Shown here in pieces: positions 9,606 to 19,252 of a stretch of 64,000 bases of DNA. The stretch is from contig CAVSOU010000010.1 in NCBI GenBank assembly GCA_963729625.1, positions 1,088,001 through 1,152,000 on the forward strand. Direction: 5' to 3'. The notes beneath the pieces are model-generated. The model made no database searches. It saw only the letters and a list, made by a program, of their open reading frames with translations, and was not told the origin of the DNA. Position numbers and translations under genes: made by a program. This DNA comes from an uncultured bacterium (GTDB lineage Bacteria; Chloroflexota; UBA5177; JANWHV01). Numbering within the stretch: position 1 is the stretch's first letter; the number at the start of each line of letters is the position of its first letter.

Positions 9606-11348
9606 TTACCTGCGCACGATGACCGGGAGGATAAGGCGCGACGGATGCAGCCGATCGTGCCAGACGCGGTTGATTGCTTGCTGCACGTCGCTCTGTCGAT
9701 CCTCGGCTATCGCCCCGCCGCTATTCGTGTTGCGGTCGAACCGAGGAAAATTGCTGCTGGAGACCTCCAGCCGGATGCGATGCCCCGCCGCGAATAGGTT
9801 GGCGGTGGCGCCCACATTGATCGGCATCTCGTATACGGTTCCCGGGTCCATGAGTATCGGAGTCTGGAAGGACTCGCGGTAGCGGGCGCGCAGGATTCCA
9901 TCGGTAAGGATGGTGGCCGTCCCATCGGGCGAAACGTCGACCAGCTTCGCCGTGAAGTCGGTGTCGCGCGCCGTAGATGAACAGAACACGTGCAGCGTGA
10001 CCGGACCGATGACCTCAAGGGCGTGAGTGAGTGGAGGGGATGTGTAGCAGAGCACATCGGCGCGGAGCTCGACCGCACGTTGGTCGCGCGGACCTGAATT
10101 GGCCCCGACCCACAGTCCGGGCAGCAGGGTAGCTCCCCCGCAAGTCGGCACCGGTCGAAGGGGATCATACAGGTACACGTCGGGGTCTTCATCTGCCGGC
10201 ACATCGGTAGTGAGAGCCCCATCTCCGGCCAGGGAATTGGCGTTCCCGCCGCTGTGGAGGTAGTACGAGCGATACGTCGTATCCGGGAGCGGCCAGTCGC
10301 GTTCCTCACGCCAGGTATTGGCGCCCATAACGAATATGCGGACCGGTGCTTCGTGGCTGATCCCGTCGTCTATATCCTTAAGGATGTAATCAAACCACCG
10401 CAACTGAGCGCCGACAAGATCGACATTGACTGCTCGCGTGCCGGCTCGTGGCCCGAAGCTTTGCCAGGGGAACGTGTCCCCATCGACACCATGGGCCCAC
10501 GGTCCCATGATCAGCCGTTGACGGTTGCGGGCGTGAGCGCTTCCGCCCCGCGCCTTCATGCCGATATAGTTGGCCAGGGTGCCGTTCGCAAAGATGTCGT
10601 ACCACCCACCCATGTTGAGCGCTGGAACGGCGATCTGCTCATAATGCCTGCTAGGAGAGATCCGCTGCCAGAAGGCATCGTCTTCGGGATGCTGCAGCCA
10701 GGCGGCATAGTATGGGCTGAGTGATGCCAGCAACGGCATACCGCTGAGGGGAAATTGCTTGTACAGCGAATCAATGGCCCCGGTAGCATCCAGGACGCGC
10801 TCGCGGTCGTCCGGCGTCGCAGTGCCGCGATCGATTCTCCTGAGAGTCTCAGTCAGCGCGAATCCGAGCACCCATTGGAGCGTGAAGCCAAGCTCGAAGG
10901 CCCCGCCCTGGTAGGTCCAGCCTTCATAGTAGTCCGACGCGGTGACCAACGGCGCCATTCCGCACAGGGCGTGGTGTGCGCGGGTGGCGGCCAGCCACTG
11001 CGTGGCGCCGACGTACGAGGCGCCGAAAGTACCGATTCTGCCGCTCGACCATGGCTGCGTTTCCGCCCAGTCCATTGCTGCCGATCCGTCCTCCGCCTCG
11101 CGCACAAAGGGTGTGAATTCTCCCTCGGAGGCAAAGCGGCCGCGTGTGTCCTGGACGACCACGCAGTACCCCGCGCGGGCCATCCGCACGATGTCAGGTA
11201 TCGTCGAGTAGTCTTTATCATATGGCGTGCGCTGCAGCAGCACGGGCAGCGCTGCTTCGGTGCTTGGACGATAGATATCGGTTGCGAGGGCTACGCCGTC
11301 CGCCATCGGCACCATAACATTCTTCTGGATGAGGATACTTTCGGGCAC
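9606..11348 (-). CDS. CocE/NonD family hydrolase (peptidase S15 fold)
   Basis: LATDIYRP, RTPY, QDTRGRFASEG, nucleophile motif GASYVG, GGWYD, GPWAH and SSSNFPRFDRN. Confidence 0.93.
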   Translation of the reverse strand: MPESILIQKNVMVPMADGVALATDIYRPSTEAALPVLLQRTPYDKDYSTIPDIVRMARAGYCVVVQDTRGRFASEGEFTPFVREAEDGSAAMDWAETQPWSSGRIGTFGASYVGATQWLAATRAHHALCGMAPLVTASDYYEGWTYQGGAFELGFTLQWVLGFALTETLRRIDRGTATPDDRERVLDATGAIDSLYKQFPLSGMPLLASLSPYYAAWLQHPEDDAFWQRISPSRHYEQIAVPALNMGGWYDIFANGTLANYIGMKARGGSAHARNRQRLIMGPWAHGVDGDTFPWQSFGPRAGTRAVNVDLVGAQLRWFDYILKDIDDGISHEAPVRIFVMGANTWREERDWPLPDTTYRSYYLHSGGNANSLAGDGALTTDVPADEDPDVYLYDPLRPVPTCGGATLLPGLWVGANSGPRDQRAVELRADVLCYTSPPLTHALEVIGPVTLHVFCSSTARDTDFTAKLVDVSPDGTATILTDGILRARYRESFQTPILMDPGTVYEMPINVGATANLFAAGHRIRLEVSSSNFPRFDRNTNSGGAIAEDRQSDVQQAINRVWHDRLHPSRLILPVIVRR

Positions 11349-11409
11349 CTGCCTTATCCCTCCCTTGACCGTGACCAGCCAGGCTCAGGCACATCACAAG
11401 CTGGATCTA

Positions 11410-11429
11410 GCATACTGTTGACAGTAATC
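11410..11429. promoter_or_regulatory. Candidate operator GCATAC-T-GTTGAC-A-GTAATC in the cocE promoter
   Basis: Matches the recurring (GTNNAC-W)n motif; lies within a minus-strand TTTACT-N18-TATGCT. Confidence 0.6.
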
Positions 11430-11662
11430 ATCAGTAAACACGCCCACATGGGCCGGGCGTGTTCTGAAAGAGTGACCGACGGCGCGCAGCCATCTTCCGG
11501 GTCGCGGACATCGTGTCCGCCCCGTTTTCGGGCGCGCGCGATGCGTGGGGCAGGGGTGCACCGCAGGCGCCGTGCGTACTTGGGAGGGCGCCTCGGCTGT
11601 CGAGATGGCACCGGAACCCTGCCTGCAAGGACCCGGTGCGGACGCCGGCGATGCTTCCTTGA

Positions 11663-12535
11663 TCAGCCCTTCACGGCGCCCGCTGTGAGGCCCGAGATCA
11701 TATAACGCTGGATCACGATATAGAAGACCACAGGCGGCAGCGAGAACACCAGGCCTGCGGCAAGCAGCAGTTGGATGGGCGTATCGTAGAGGCCCATCAT
11801 GGTCGTGAGACCGACCGATCCCGGCAGCAGACCGGAATCAGGTGTAACAAGCGTTGAGGCAAACAGGTACTCATTCCAGCTGAAGAAGAACCCAACCACG
11901 CATACGGCCACCAGGCCCGGAATCGACAGCGGTACGAGGATTCGCCCCAGCACGCCCATCTCACCACAGCCCTCAGTCAAAGCTGCTTCCATGACCTCGA
12001 TGGGCACCGAGTCAAACACATTCTTGAGGATCCAGATGCAGATCGGCAGGGCGAAAGCGGCCTGGACGAATGCCAGTGCCGGCAGGCTGTTGACCAGGTT
12101 CAGACTCCGGTAGAGTCTCAACACCGGGACGATGATGATGGCGCCCGGCATCATCTGGGTGAGCAGAATGAAGAAGCCAAAGGCCGGTTTGGCTCTCCAC
12201 CGCAGCTTCGAGAGCGCGTAAGCGCCGAGCAAGCTCAGGCTCAAGCAAACCGCGGTAACCATAAGCGCCAGCTGGGTGGAGTCCCACAACCACAGTCCCA
12301 TGTCATAGTTGAGAAACACGGTGTGGAACGGCGAAAGGTCCAGGCCCCGTATAAACAGGCTCGGAGTGTAGACGAGCGAGTATTTATACGGCTGTATCGT
12401 GCTCAGCACCATCCAGTAGATTGGAAACATGATCACCGCGCAGACAACCACCAAAACAGCGATCTGCACGGCTTTGCCGCCCTTGAACCGCAACCGCGGC
12501 GGCGTCAGCATCAAGTCGAATGGCTGGCTCGACAT
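11663..12535 (-). CDS. Carbohydrate ABC transporter permease (MalG-like)
   Basis: Six TM segments; EAA loop EVMEAALTEGC; WNEYLFA; GLTAGAVKG end. Confidence 0.93.
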   Translation of the reverse strand: MSSQPFDLMLTPPRLRFKGGKAVQIAVLVVVCAVIMFPIYWMVLSTIQPYKYSLVYTPSLFIRGLDLSPFHTVFLNYDMGLWLWDSTQLALMVTAVCLSLSLLGAYALSKLRWRAKPAFGFFILLTQMMPGAIIIVPVLRLYRSLNLVNSLPALAFVQAAFALPICIWILKNVFDSVPIEVMEAALTEGCGEMGVLGRILVPLSIPGLVAVCVVGFFFSWNEYLFASTLVTPDSGLLPGSVGLTTMMGLYDTPIQLLLAAGLVFSLPPVVFYIVIQRYMISGLTAGAVKG

Positions 12536-13500
12536 TATCGTTCCTCCGCCGCTCTTGCCTGCCGCTCCAGGAAAACGAACAGCAAGGCCGCGACAATCGC
12601 CTGTGCGAAACCAGCAACGCCAATCGTAGCTGCATAGGCAGTGTCGTAGAATTGAAAAGCCTCGTTGTAGATCAGTATGGCGAGGGTCTGCGTAGTTTCC
12701 AGAGGACCTGGGCCGGTTGTCTCCCAGATCAGCGTGTACTGTTGGTAGGAGAAAATAAAGGCCAGCAGCGCGAGCAGCATGAGGGTGGGTTTGATTGCCG
12801 GCAGGGTAACATACCGGAATCGTGTCGGCGCGTTGGCGCCGTCCACGATCGCCGCTTCGTACAGCTCATTGGGAACGCCCTGCAAGGCGGCCAGAATCAC
12901 AAGAGAGTAGAAGGGAAATCCCTTCCACACGGAGATCAGCACGACGGTTGCCAGGGCAAGCTTCGGGTCCAGCAGCCATCTCGGGTTATTGTGAACCCAC
13001 GGTAGCCAGCGCGCCATCTCGCCGAACACCCCGTATATAGGGCTCGCCATCCACACAAAGATGATCGCACTGGGTATGTCCGGGAAGGCCCAGGGCGTCG
13101 TCAAAATGGCCCGGAAGATGCCTCTGCCCCTGAAGGATCGATTCATCAGCAGCGCCGTGCCGAGCGCGACCGAGAGCGCGACCACGATCACTGCCGCCGA
13201 GTACTCGAGAGTGACCTTTACAGACTGCCAGAATACGCTGTCGGTCAACATTCGCTGGTAGTTGGCCAGGCCAACCCAGCTCGACGCCGAGGATCCCGCC
13301 TCGATATTGCTCAGGCTGTACTGAACCCCGACCGCCATTGGATAGAGGATAAAGATGCCTTCATAGATCAGGATGGGCAGGGCGAGTAAATAGGGAAGTC
13401 GATGGCGGGACAAACGGGCGAGGATATGCACCCACCCCGAGGGCATTTCAGGTCGCGGTCCAGGCTCTTGACGCGTTGCCACCTTCACCTGCCTTGACAT
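12535..13500 (-). CDS. Carbohydrate ABC transporter permease (MalF-like)
   Basis: WVGLANY, WKGFPF and ELYEAAIVDGA motifs. Start codon uncertain. Confidence 0.92.
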   Translation of the reverse strand: MSRQVKVATRQEPGPRPEMPSGWVHILARLSRHRLPYLLALPILIYEGIFILYPMAVGVQYSLSNIEAGSSASSWVGLANYQRMLTDSVFWQSVKVTLEYSAAVIVVALSVALGTALLMNRSFRGRGIFRAILTTPWAFPDIPSAIIFVWMASPIYGVFGEMARWLPWVHNNPRWLLDPKLALATVVLISVWKGFPFYSLVILAALQGVPNELYEAAIVDGANAPTRFRYVTLPAIKPTLMLLALLAFIFSYQQYTLIWETTGPGPLETTQTLAILIYNEAFQFYDTAYAATIGVAGFAQAIVAALLFVFLERQARAAEER

Positions 13501-13704
13501 ATTTATCAAATACAATGAATCGCGACTGGCCAAGGGGACGAAGCCGCGTCACGCCTAGCTGCGCCGCTATACCACTCCAGGACCACAGCGGTGTGACCGA
13601 ACCCCCTACGTCCACGGCGGTCGGCAGGTCAGCAGCGAACAAGAGGGCCAATCGCTGGCGGTGGTACTACCCACGTAAACTCGACAGTGCCTAAAGCGCA
13701 CGGC

Positions 13705-13730
13705 TGCCGGACCGCGTGGGCGGTCCGGCA
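13705..13730 (-). terminator. 11-bp stem hairpin between the SBP and permease genes (mRNA-stabilising or partial terminator)
   Basis: TGCCGGACCGC-GTGG-GCGGTCCGGCA, 30 nt after the SBP stop; no U-tract. Confidence 0.55.
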
Positions 13731-13760
13731 CCCGAACGCTTCGACGTGGGTCAGCGAAGT

Positions 13761-15107
13761 CTATTTGAACCAGCGATTTGAAGCATCCTCGACCTGCTGC
13801 TGCGCGTTGTCCATAGCGGCCTTCACCGACAAGTTGCCGAACAGGGCCTGCTCGAAGTTCTGCGTGACGATATTGCCGAACTCCGTGTCGTGAGCAATGA
13901 AGTCACCCTCGCAGGTCGGGAAGGGCACGTGCACGATCTCCTGATAGCCGGTGGCCCAGGTCTGGTTCGCCAGCCATTGCTTAACACCCGGTACCGCCAG
14001 GATCTCCGGGTAGGATGGTATAACGTCCAGGCACAGCATCATGAGCTTGGCATTGTTCGCCGGTGTATACATGAACTCTGCGAATGCCTTCGCGCCATCC
14101 ATCTTCGACGTGCTGGCCACGATCGAAAGGGGGTGCAAGCGCGAGAGAGACTTCTTGGTCGGCCACGGCGGCGGCACACTGCGGATGTAGGGGAAGAGCT
14201 TCGGCGCCGTCACCTTGTACTGATTCACAGCCGCCGAAACATTGAGCGTCTCGGCGATCTGGCCATTGTCGAAGAGTTTTGTCGCCACAGCATCGGTGGC
14301 GCCGACGGCCATGGTGTTCTGGTATTGCTCAAGCCAGACCTCGAGCGCGGCAACAATCTTGGCACTGTTGACCTGCGCCGTTTTGCCAACGGCCCACAGC
14401 GTGTCGTACATCAGGCAGTAATTCTGCAGCTGGAACCACCAGCCAAAGACCTCAGAGGGCGAGTTGGGCTGCCAGATGCCGAACTGATTGGGCTTATGTG
14501 TCAGGGCGTGCAGCTGGGTCTTCCACTCCGTTGGAGTCGTGGCCAGCTTCGTGATTCCGGCCTTGTCGGTCAACTGCTTGTTGTAGACGACCGCGAACGG
14601 CACCTCGACCGTGTTGATGCCGTACAGGTGGCCACCCTTGCGCAGGAAATCATGCGCCGGGGATGGGTGAATGCCGAGTTTGGCGACGATGTCGTCGATG
14701 GGCGAGAGAACGCCCGCCTGCACCAGGCGATAGGCGAGATCGGGGATCAGTGTCATTACGTCGGCGCTGATACCGCCCGATTGCTGCTGAACCAGAACGT
14801 GCGAGGTATATTGCTCGCCAGGCCAGCCGGTCCACTTGATACGGTAGTCATTTTGGGAGGCGTGGAAGTCCTTGATCAACTGGAACCAGGCAGCGTTCCT
14901 CCCAGGTTCGAACTGAAACCACGACATCAGGGTGATGGTCTGTGGGGCGCGAGTTACGATTGCTGGTGCGGCGGCCTCGGCTGTACTCGTCTTGCCGAGC
15001 GTGGCAGCGGCAGCTAGCCCGGCGGCGCCTACAGCACCCGCCTTGAGCGCATCGCGGCGCGAAATCTTCGCGGAACCGGACTCGGCGTCTTTTACTTCGG
15101 ATGCCAC
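13761..15107 (-). CDS. Sugar ABC solute-binding protein with Tat signal
   Basis: GTG start after GAGGAG; SRRDALK twin-arginine motif; family-1 SBP features (YGI...VVYNKQLTDKAGI); upstream of two permeases. Confidence 0.9.
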   Translation of the reverse strand: MASEVKDAESGSAKISRRDALKAGAVGAAGLAAAATLGKTSTAEAAAPAIVTRAPQTITLMSWFQFEPGRNAAWFQLIKDFHASQNDYRIKWTGWPGEQYTSHVLVQQQSGGISADVMTLIPDLAYRLVQAGVLSPIDDIVAKLGIHPSPAHDFLRKGGHLYGINTVEVPFAVVYNKQLTDKAGITKLATTPTEWKTQLHALTHKPNQFGIWQPNSPSEVFGWWFQLQNYCLMYDTLWAVGKTAQVNSAKIVAALEVWLEQYQNTMAVGATDAVATKLFDNGQIAETLNVSAAVNQYKVTAPKLFPYIRSVPPPWPTKKSLSRLHPLSIVASTSKMDGAKAFAEFMYTPANNAKLMMLCLDVIPSYPEILAVPGVKQWLANQTWATGYQEIVHVPFPTCEGDFIAHDTEFGNIVTQNFEQALFGNLSVKAAMDNAQQQVEDASNRWFK

Positions 15108-15479
15108 GAACGTACTCCTCTTTGCACGAAGACCTGAATGCAAATACCTGGGATCGACCAACCGATCGTCCTTTGCTCTCTGTACGCTCCACCTCCCAAC
15201 GTGAACCGGCTGCGCTGGCGGAACACTCGGAGCGCCCGCGTCCACTCCAACAACGCGGGTCTCTCATAGCGCTGAGGTTCGTGGCGATGGAAAGACACGC
15301 CTTATGTTGTGGGCAATACCCGCATCAGACACTTTCCCCGCGAATTCCTCCCCTGATCCCGTAATACCACCGGCATAGTTAAGGTGCAAACACCAGAGTT
15401 TGGTTCCGAAAAGCCACCGACAGTGCCGGTATGCCTCGCTCCCATGGTTATAAGAAGCTATTTACTGTTAGAACATGTC

Positions 15480-15499
15480 GTATACTGTTAACAGTTATG
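15480..15499. promoter_or_regulatory. Candidate operator GTATAC-T-GTTAAC-A-GTTATG between the divergent ABC and dehydrogenase/P450 operons
   Basis: Perfect dyad ACTGTTAACAGT; three hexamers at 7-bp period; includes a -10-like TATACT. Confidence 0.65.
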
Positions 15500-15603
15500 A
15501 TGCGCTTTGCGAACGCTATCTACGACTGATCTGGCGCACGTTTCTATCGAGCGGAGCGCTATGATCCCATTGGACAGACGTGACAACCTAAGGAGGACGC
15601 TCG

Positions 15604-16599
15604 GTGGCGGTCGGGGAGCCTGATGCATGGCAGTTGCTATACACCGATGCCCGCGAATTTCCCCTGCCCGATCGCTATGTGGAGCAGGCGAACCGGGCCG
15701 GGATCCGCATCGCGATGGTCGGTGGGCACGACCCCGAGGAGATCGCCTCCTACGGCGAGCGCTGCCACGGTTTGTTCCTGTTTCGCGCGCGCGTTGACGA
15801 CGCATTGCTCTCGGCGCTGCCACGCTGTCGTATCCTGGCGCGCATTGGCGTGGGCTACGATCTGATCGACGTCGAGGCCGCGCGCCGCAGGCAAGTGCTG
15901 GTGACCTACGTGCCCGATTTCTGCACCGAGGAGCTGGCCGAGCACACGATGGCCTTCATCCTGGGATTCGCCCGCCGGTTCCCCCAGATCCTGTACTACG
16001 CGCGCGATCACCGGTGGCTGGGCGCCCACGAAGTACCGCCGATGCACAGGCTCGTTGGGCGGAGCCTTGGTATCCTGGGCTTCGGCCGCTCCGGACAGCG
16101 TACGGCCGAGCTTGCAGGCGCATTCGGCATAGAGGTGCGCGTCTGGACACGGACGCCGAGACCAGAGGCGGTGGCGCGGGTGGGCGCGCGAGCCGCATCC
16201 TTCGAGGAAGCCGTCGGTTGCGACTTCGTGTCACTCCATCTGCCGCTGACCGAGGCCACGCGCGGCCTGATCGATCGCGCGGCCCTGGCACTGTTCAAGC
16301 CCCACGCCGTGCTCATCAATATCGCGCGAGGCGCCATCGTGGACACCGACGCGCTTGTGGACGCCCTGCGCGAGGGGCGCCTGGCAGGCGCCGGGCTTGA
16401 CGTGGTAAGCCCCTCGCCGTTGCCCCCCGAGCACCCGCTTTGGTCATTTCCCACGGTGTGGGTCACCTCGCACTCGGGCGCATTTTCCCTCGAAGGCAAG
16501 GATGAAGCCCTCTCGACTGCTTTCGAGGACGTCCTGCGCGTGCATGGCGGTCGCCCTCCGCTGCACCTGGTACCAGAGATGCGGGATGCCGGATTCTAG
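15604..16599 (+). CDS. D-2-hydroxyacid dehydrogenase (CtBP-like)
   Basis: GVGYD, GILGFGRSG, SLHLPL, NIARG, GAGLDV and TSH motifs. Confidence 0.9.
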   Translation: MAVGEPDAWQLLYTDAREFPLPDRYVEQANRAGIRIAMVGGHDPEEIASYGERCHGLFLFRARVDDALLSALPRCRILARIGVGYDLIDVEAARRRQVLVTYVPDFCTEELAEHTMAFILGFARRFPQILYYARDHRWLGAHEVPPMHRLVGRSLGILGFGRSGQRTAELAGAFGIEVRVWTRTPRPEAVARVGARAASFEEAVGCDFVSLHLPLTEATRGLIDRAALALFKPHAVLINIARGAIVDTDALVDALREGRLAGAGLDVVSPSPLPPEHPLWSFPTVWVTSHSGAFSLEGKDEALSTAFEDVLRVHGGRPPLHLVPEMRDAGF

Positions 16600-16619
16600 A
16601 CGAGCGGAAGGGTCGGGAT

Positions 16620-17861
16620 ATGGCGGGAATGCCGATCGAACTCGAGGGAACCGTGTCAGATGTGTACCAGACGTACTGCGAAGGGCGACTTGACGATCCG
16701 TACGCCCTGTTCACGTGGTTGCTGGAGACTCACCCCGTTCACTGGAGTGAGCCTCTTGATAGCTGGTTCGTTGTTCGGCACGCCGATGTGGTGAGCGCAC
16801 TGCAGGACCCTCGGCTCTCATCGGAAAGGGCCGACGTGAACATGCGGAAGCTGCCGCCGGATATGCAGACCAGGCTGCACGCGCTCGGCGAGCACGTAGC
16901 CAACTGGCTCGGTTTCATGGATCCGCCGCGCCATACGGAGATTCGCCGTTTGCTGGCTCGAGTCATCACCCCGAAATTGGCGCAGTCCCTGGAAGGTAGG
17001 GTGCGACTGCTTGCGAACGGATTGGTGGACGAGTTGCCGACCCCTCGGGCCGACCTCGTGGCAGGCCTGGCACACCCGCTGCCGCTGACCGTGATTTGCG
17101 ACATTCTGGGCATCCCGGTGGAGGATCGCGACCGGTTCAGGCAAGCGGTGATCAACATCTCGGACTACGTAGCCGAGGCCGGTCCAAGTGCCGTGGCCGC
17201 TGCCGAGCGCGCACACGATGGCGTTCTTGAGCTCACGACATACTTCGGAGCGCTCGTTGAACGCCGCCAGCGCGAGCCCAAGGACGACGTGGTCAGCCAG
17301 CTCGCAACCACCATGCGCGAAGCGGTTGGCATGACTCTGGAAGAAATCCTCGGCATTTGCGTATTTCTGTTCTCCGCCGGCCACGACACGACGACCAGCC
17401 TGATCAGTTCTTCAGCCCTGTTGCTTCTCCAACATCCCGAAGAGCTTGCTCGGCTGCGGGCGGATCCGGCGCTCCTGCCGGCGGCAGTGGAGGAGTTCCT
17501 TCGCTTTGAAACGCCGATTCCCCTTATCTCGCGCGTCGCGCGCGAGAACATGGAGCTTGGCGGACAGCGAATTCGGGCCCGCGACACGGTCGTCCTGTGC
17601 GCGGCGGCGGCAAATCGCGATCCTGCTGTTTTCGCTGACCCAGATCGAATGCACGTTGATCGGGCGCCCGGCAAGCACGTAGCGTTTGGATGGGGCGCGC
17701 ATTTCTGCCTTGGGGCGCCGCTTGCACGCGCGGAGGCACGCTATGCCCTTGCGGCGCTGCTCGACCGACTTTCAGCCAGCCGCCTGGAGAATCCGGTGCC
17801 CGCCTGGCATAACCGAAGCGGCCTTCGGGCGCTCCGCGATCTGTGGACCGTCTGTGCGTGA
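16620..17861 (+). CDS. Cytochrome P450
   Basis: DPPRH, I-helix AGHDTT, EFLR (ExxR), ANRDP and heme motif FGWGAHFCLG. Confidence 0.96.
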   Translation: MAGMPIELEGTVSDVYQTYCEGRLDDPYALFTWLLETHPVHWSEPLDSWFVVRHADVVSALQDPRLSSERADVNMRKLPPDMQTRLHALGEHVANWLGFMDPPRHTEIRRLLARVITPKLAQSLEGRVRLLANGLVDELPTPRADLVAGLAHPLPLTVICDILGIPVEDRDRFRQAVINISDYVAEAGPSAVAAAERAHDGVLELTTYFGALVERRQREPKDDVVSQLATTMREAVGMTLEEILGICVFLFSAGHDTTTSLISSSALLLLQHPEELARLRADPALLPAAVEEFLRFETPIPLISRVARENMELGGQRIRARDTVVLCAAAANRDPAVFADPDRMHVDRAPGKHVAFGWGAHFCLGAPLARAEARYALAALLDRLSASRLENPVPAWHNRSGLRALRDLWTVCA

Positions 17862-18073
17862 CAGCTCTCCTGCCGTGCCTGCTGTCGAGGCGTTGGTTGG
17901 CGTGCAGTGCGCAAAAGCCCCGGAGCCCCCGCTTGAACGCGTATGGCAGGGTGGTAGCCGGATAAGTCCGGTTACGGTAGAAAGCGCGGCGCCCGGGTCA
18001 ACCGGCCTGCAGTAGCTTCTATCCGTCTTCCATACGAAGCCTGTTTTGAACCGCGTGCAGGAAGCGCTGGTTG

Positions 18074-19048
18074 TCACCGGCGCTCCAACGGCACCACCGC
18101 GAGCCGACCAAATCGCCCAGGCCGTCCTTCCAGGTAGTCGAGCATCCCATCGACCGTCGTCGTCCGCACGCGGCGCTCTGCCTCCGTTGAACACCACGCC
18201 AGGTGCGGCGAAAGCACCACGTTCGGCGCCCGCAGGATGGGAGCGTCCGGGGGCGGCGGCTCAGCCTGCAATACATCCAGCCCTGCGGCGCCAACCTGGC
18301 CGTCAATCAGCGCTTCGGCAAGCGCCGCTTCGTCGATCAGTGCGCCTCGGGCTACATTGATGATCGTCACACCGCGTCTCATCAGGGCCAATTCACGCCG
18401 GCCGATCATCGCCCGCGTCTCCTCGGTCAGTGGAGGATGGAGCGTCACGATGTCACTTTCGGCCAGAAGCTCCTCCAGCGTGGCGACCATGCGTACTCCT
18501 TCAGGGGGCGTGGTCACGTAGGGGTCAAAGCCCAAGATAGACTGTGTGAGCGGTCTCAAGCGCTCGATCATGGCGCGGCCGATCCTGCCACAGCCGGCGA
18601 CACCGGCCGTCTGGGTGTACAGCGGCCGCAGAGGAGTCAGAGCACGCCACCCGGACCAGGCATTTCGGGCGAGATGATCACCCTGCACGATCTGCCGGTT
18701 GACCGCCAGGAGCAGGGCTATCGCATGCGTGGCGACCTCGTTCGTGGCGTAGTCGGGGCAGTGCAGTACGGCGACACCCCGTTCCTCTGCTGCCCGAAGG
18801 TCGATAGCATCCAGGCCGATGCCGGCGCGCCCAATGATCCGCATGCGCGGCCCAAACGAGGCAATCGTTTGGGCCGTGAGTGGATGCGTAGTCACGACAA
18901 TGCCGTCGGCATCTGCCGTGGCTTGCCGGATCGCATCCGGCGTGGCCAGCGAGTCCGGCCGCACGCTTACCTGCCGCCCGGCCAGGTGCGCTCGTTCTAT
19001 GTCTACATCTCCGAATCCCGCGATTACGAACGTGTAGCTACCAGCCAT
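18074..19048 (-). CDS. D-2-hydroxyacid dehydrogenase (CtBP-like)
   Basis: GIGLD, GCGRIG, FDPY, NVARG, LDVLQAEP and SPH motifs; GGAGGGG before ATG 19048. Confidence 0.92.
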   Translation of the reverse strand: MAGSYTFVIAGFGDVDIERAHLAGRQVSVRPDSLATPDAIRQATADADGIVVTTHPLTAQTIASFGPRMRIIGRAGIGLDAIDLRAAEERGVAVLHCPDYATNEVATHAIALLLAVNRQIVQGDHLARNAWSGWRALTPLRPLYTQTAGVAGCGRIGRAMIERLRPLTQSILGFDPYVTTPPEGVRMVATLEELLAESDIVTLHPPLTEETRAMIGRRELALMRRGVTIINVARGALIDEAALAEALIDGQVGAAGLDVLQAEPPPPDAPILRAPNVVLSPHLAWCSTEAERRVRTTTVDGMLDYLEGRPGRFGRLAVVPLERR

Positions 19049-19252
19049 TATCCCCTCCGTTTGTGCTTGTCCCACTCTGATGCGATCGCTCGCTTGGAAT
19101 GAAGTCGTCACTTGTTTCGCGCGGTCCTCGGTTCAGGCTCGGCAGAAGCATCTTGACGGCCACATGGCAAATGCGCTTTCGATACGGCGATAGTCGGTCC
19201 GGGGAAACGCCGGTCTCCGTCAGTCGGTGATCGTCTACGGCCATGTTGCCCG

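Noticed and set aside
13494-13516. TTGACA...TACAAT promoter-like pair
   Set aside because: The spacer is only 11 nt, it is antisense to the operon, and it overlaps the permease start codon.
15120-15460. Long leader upstream of the first SBP as a possible riboswitch
   Set aside because: No riboswitch consensus recognisable by eye; an Infernal/Rfam search would be needed.
17862-19252. Short ORFs in the gaps 17862-18073 and 19049-19252
   Set aside because: No RBS or recognisable motifs; could be remnants but cannot be supported.
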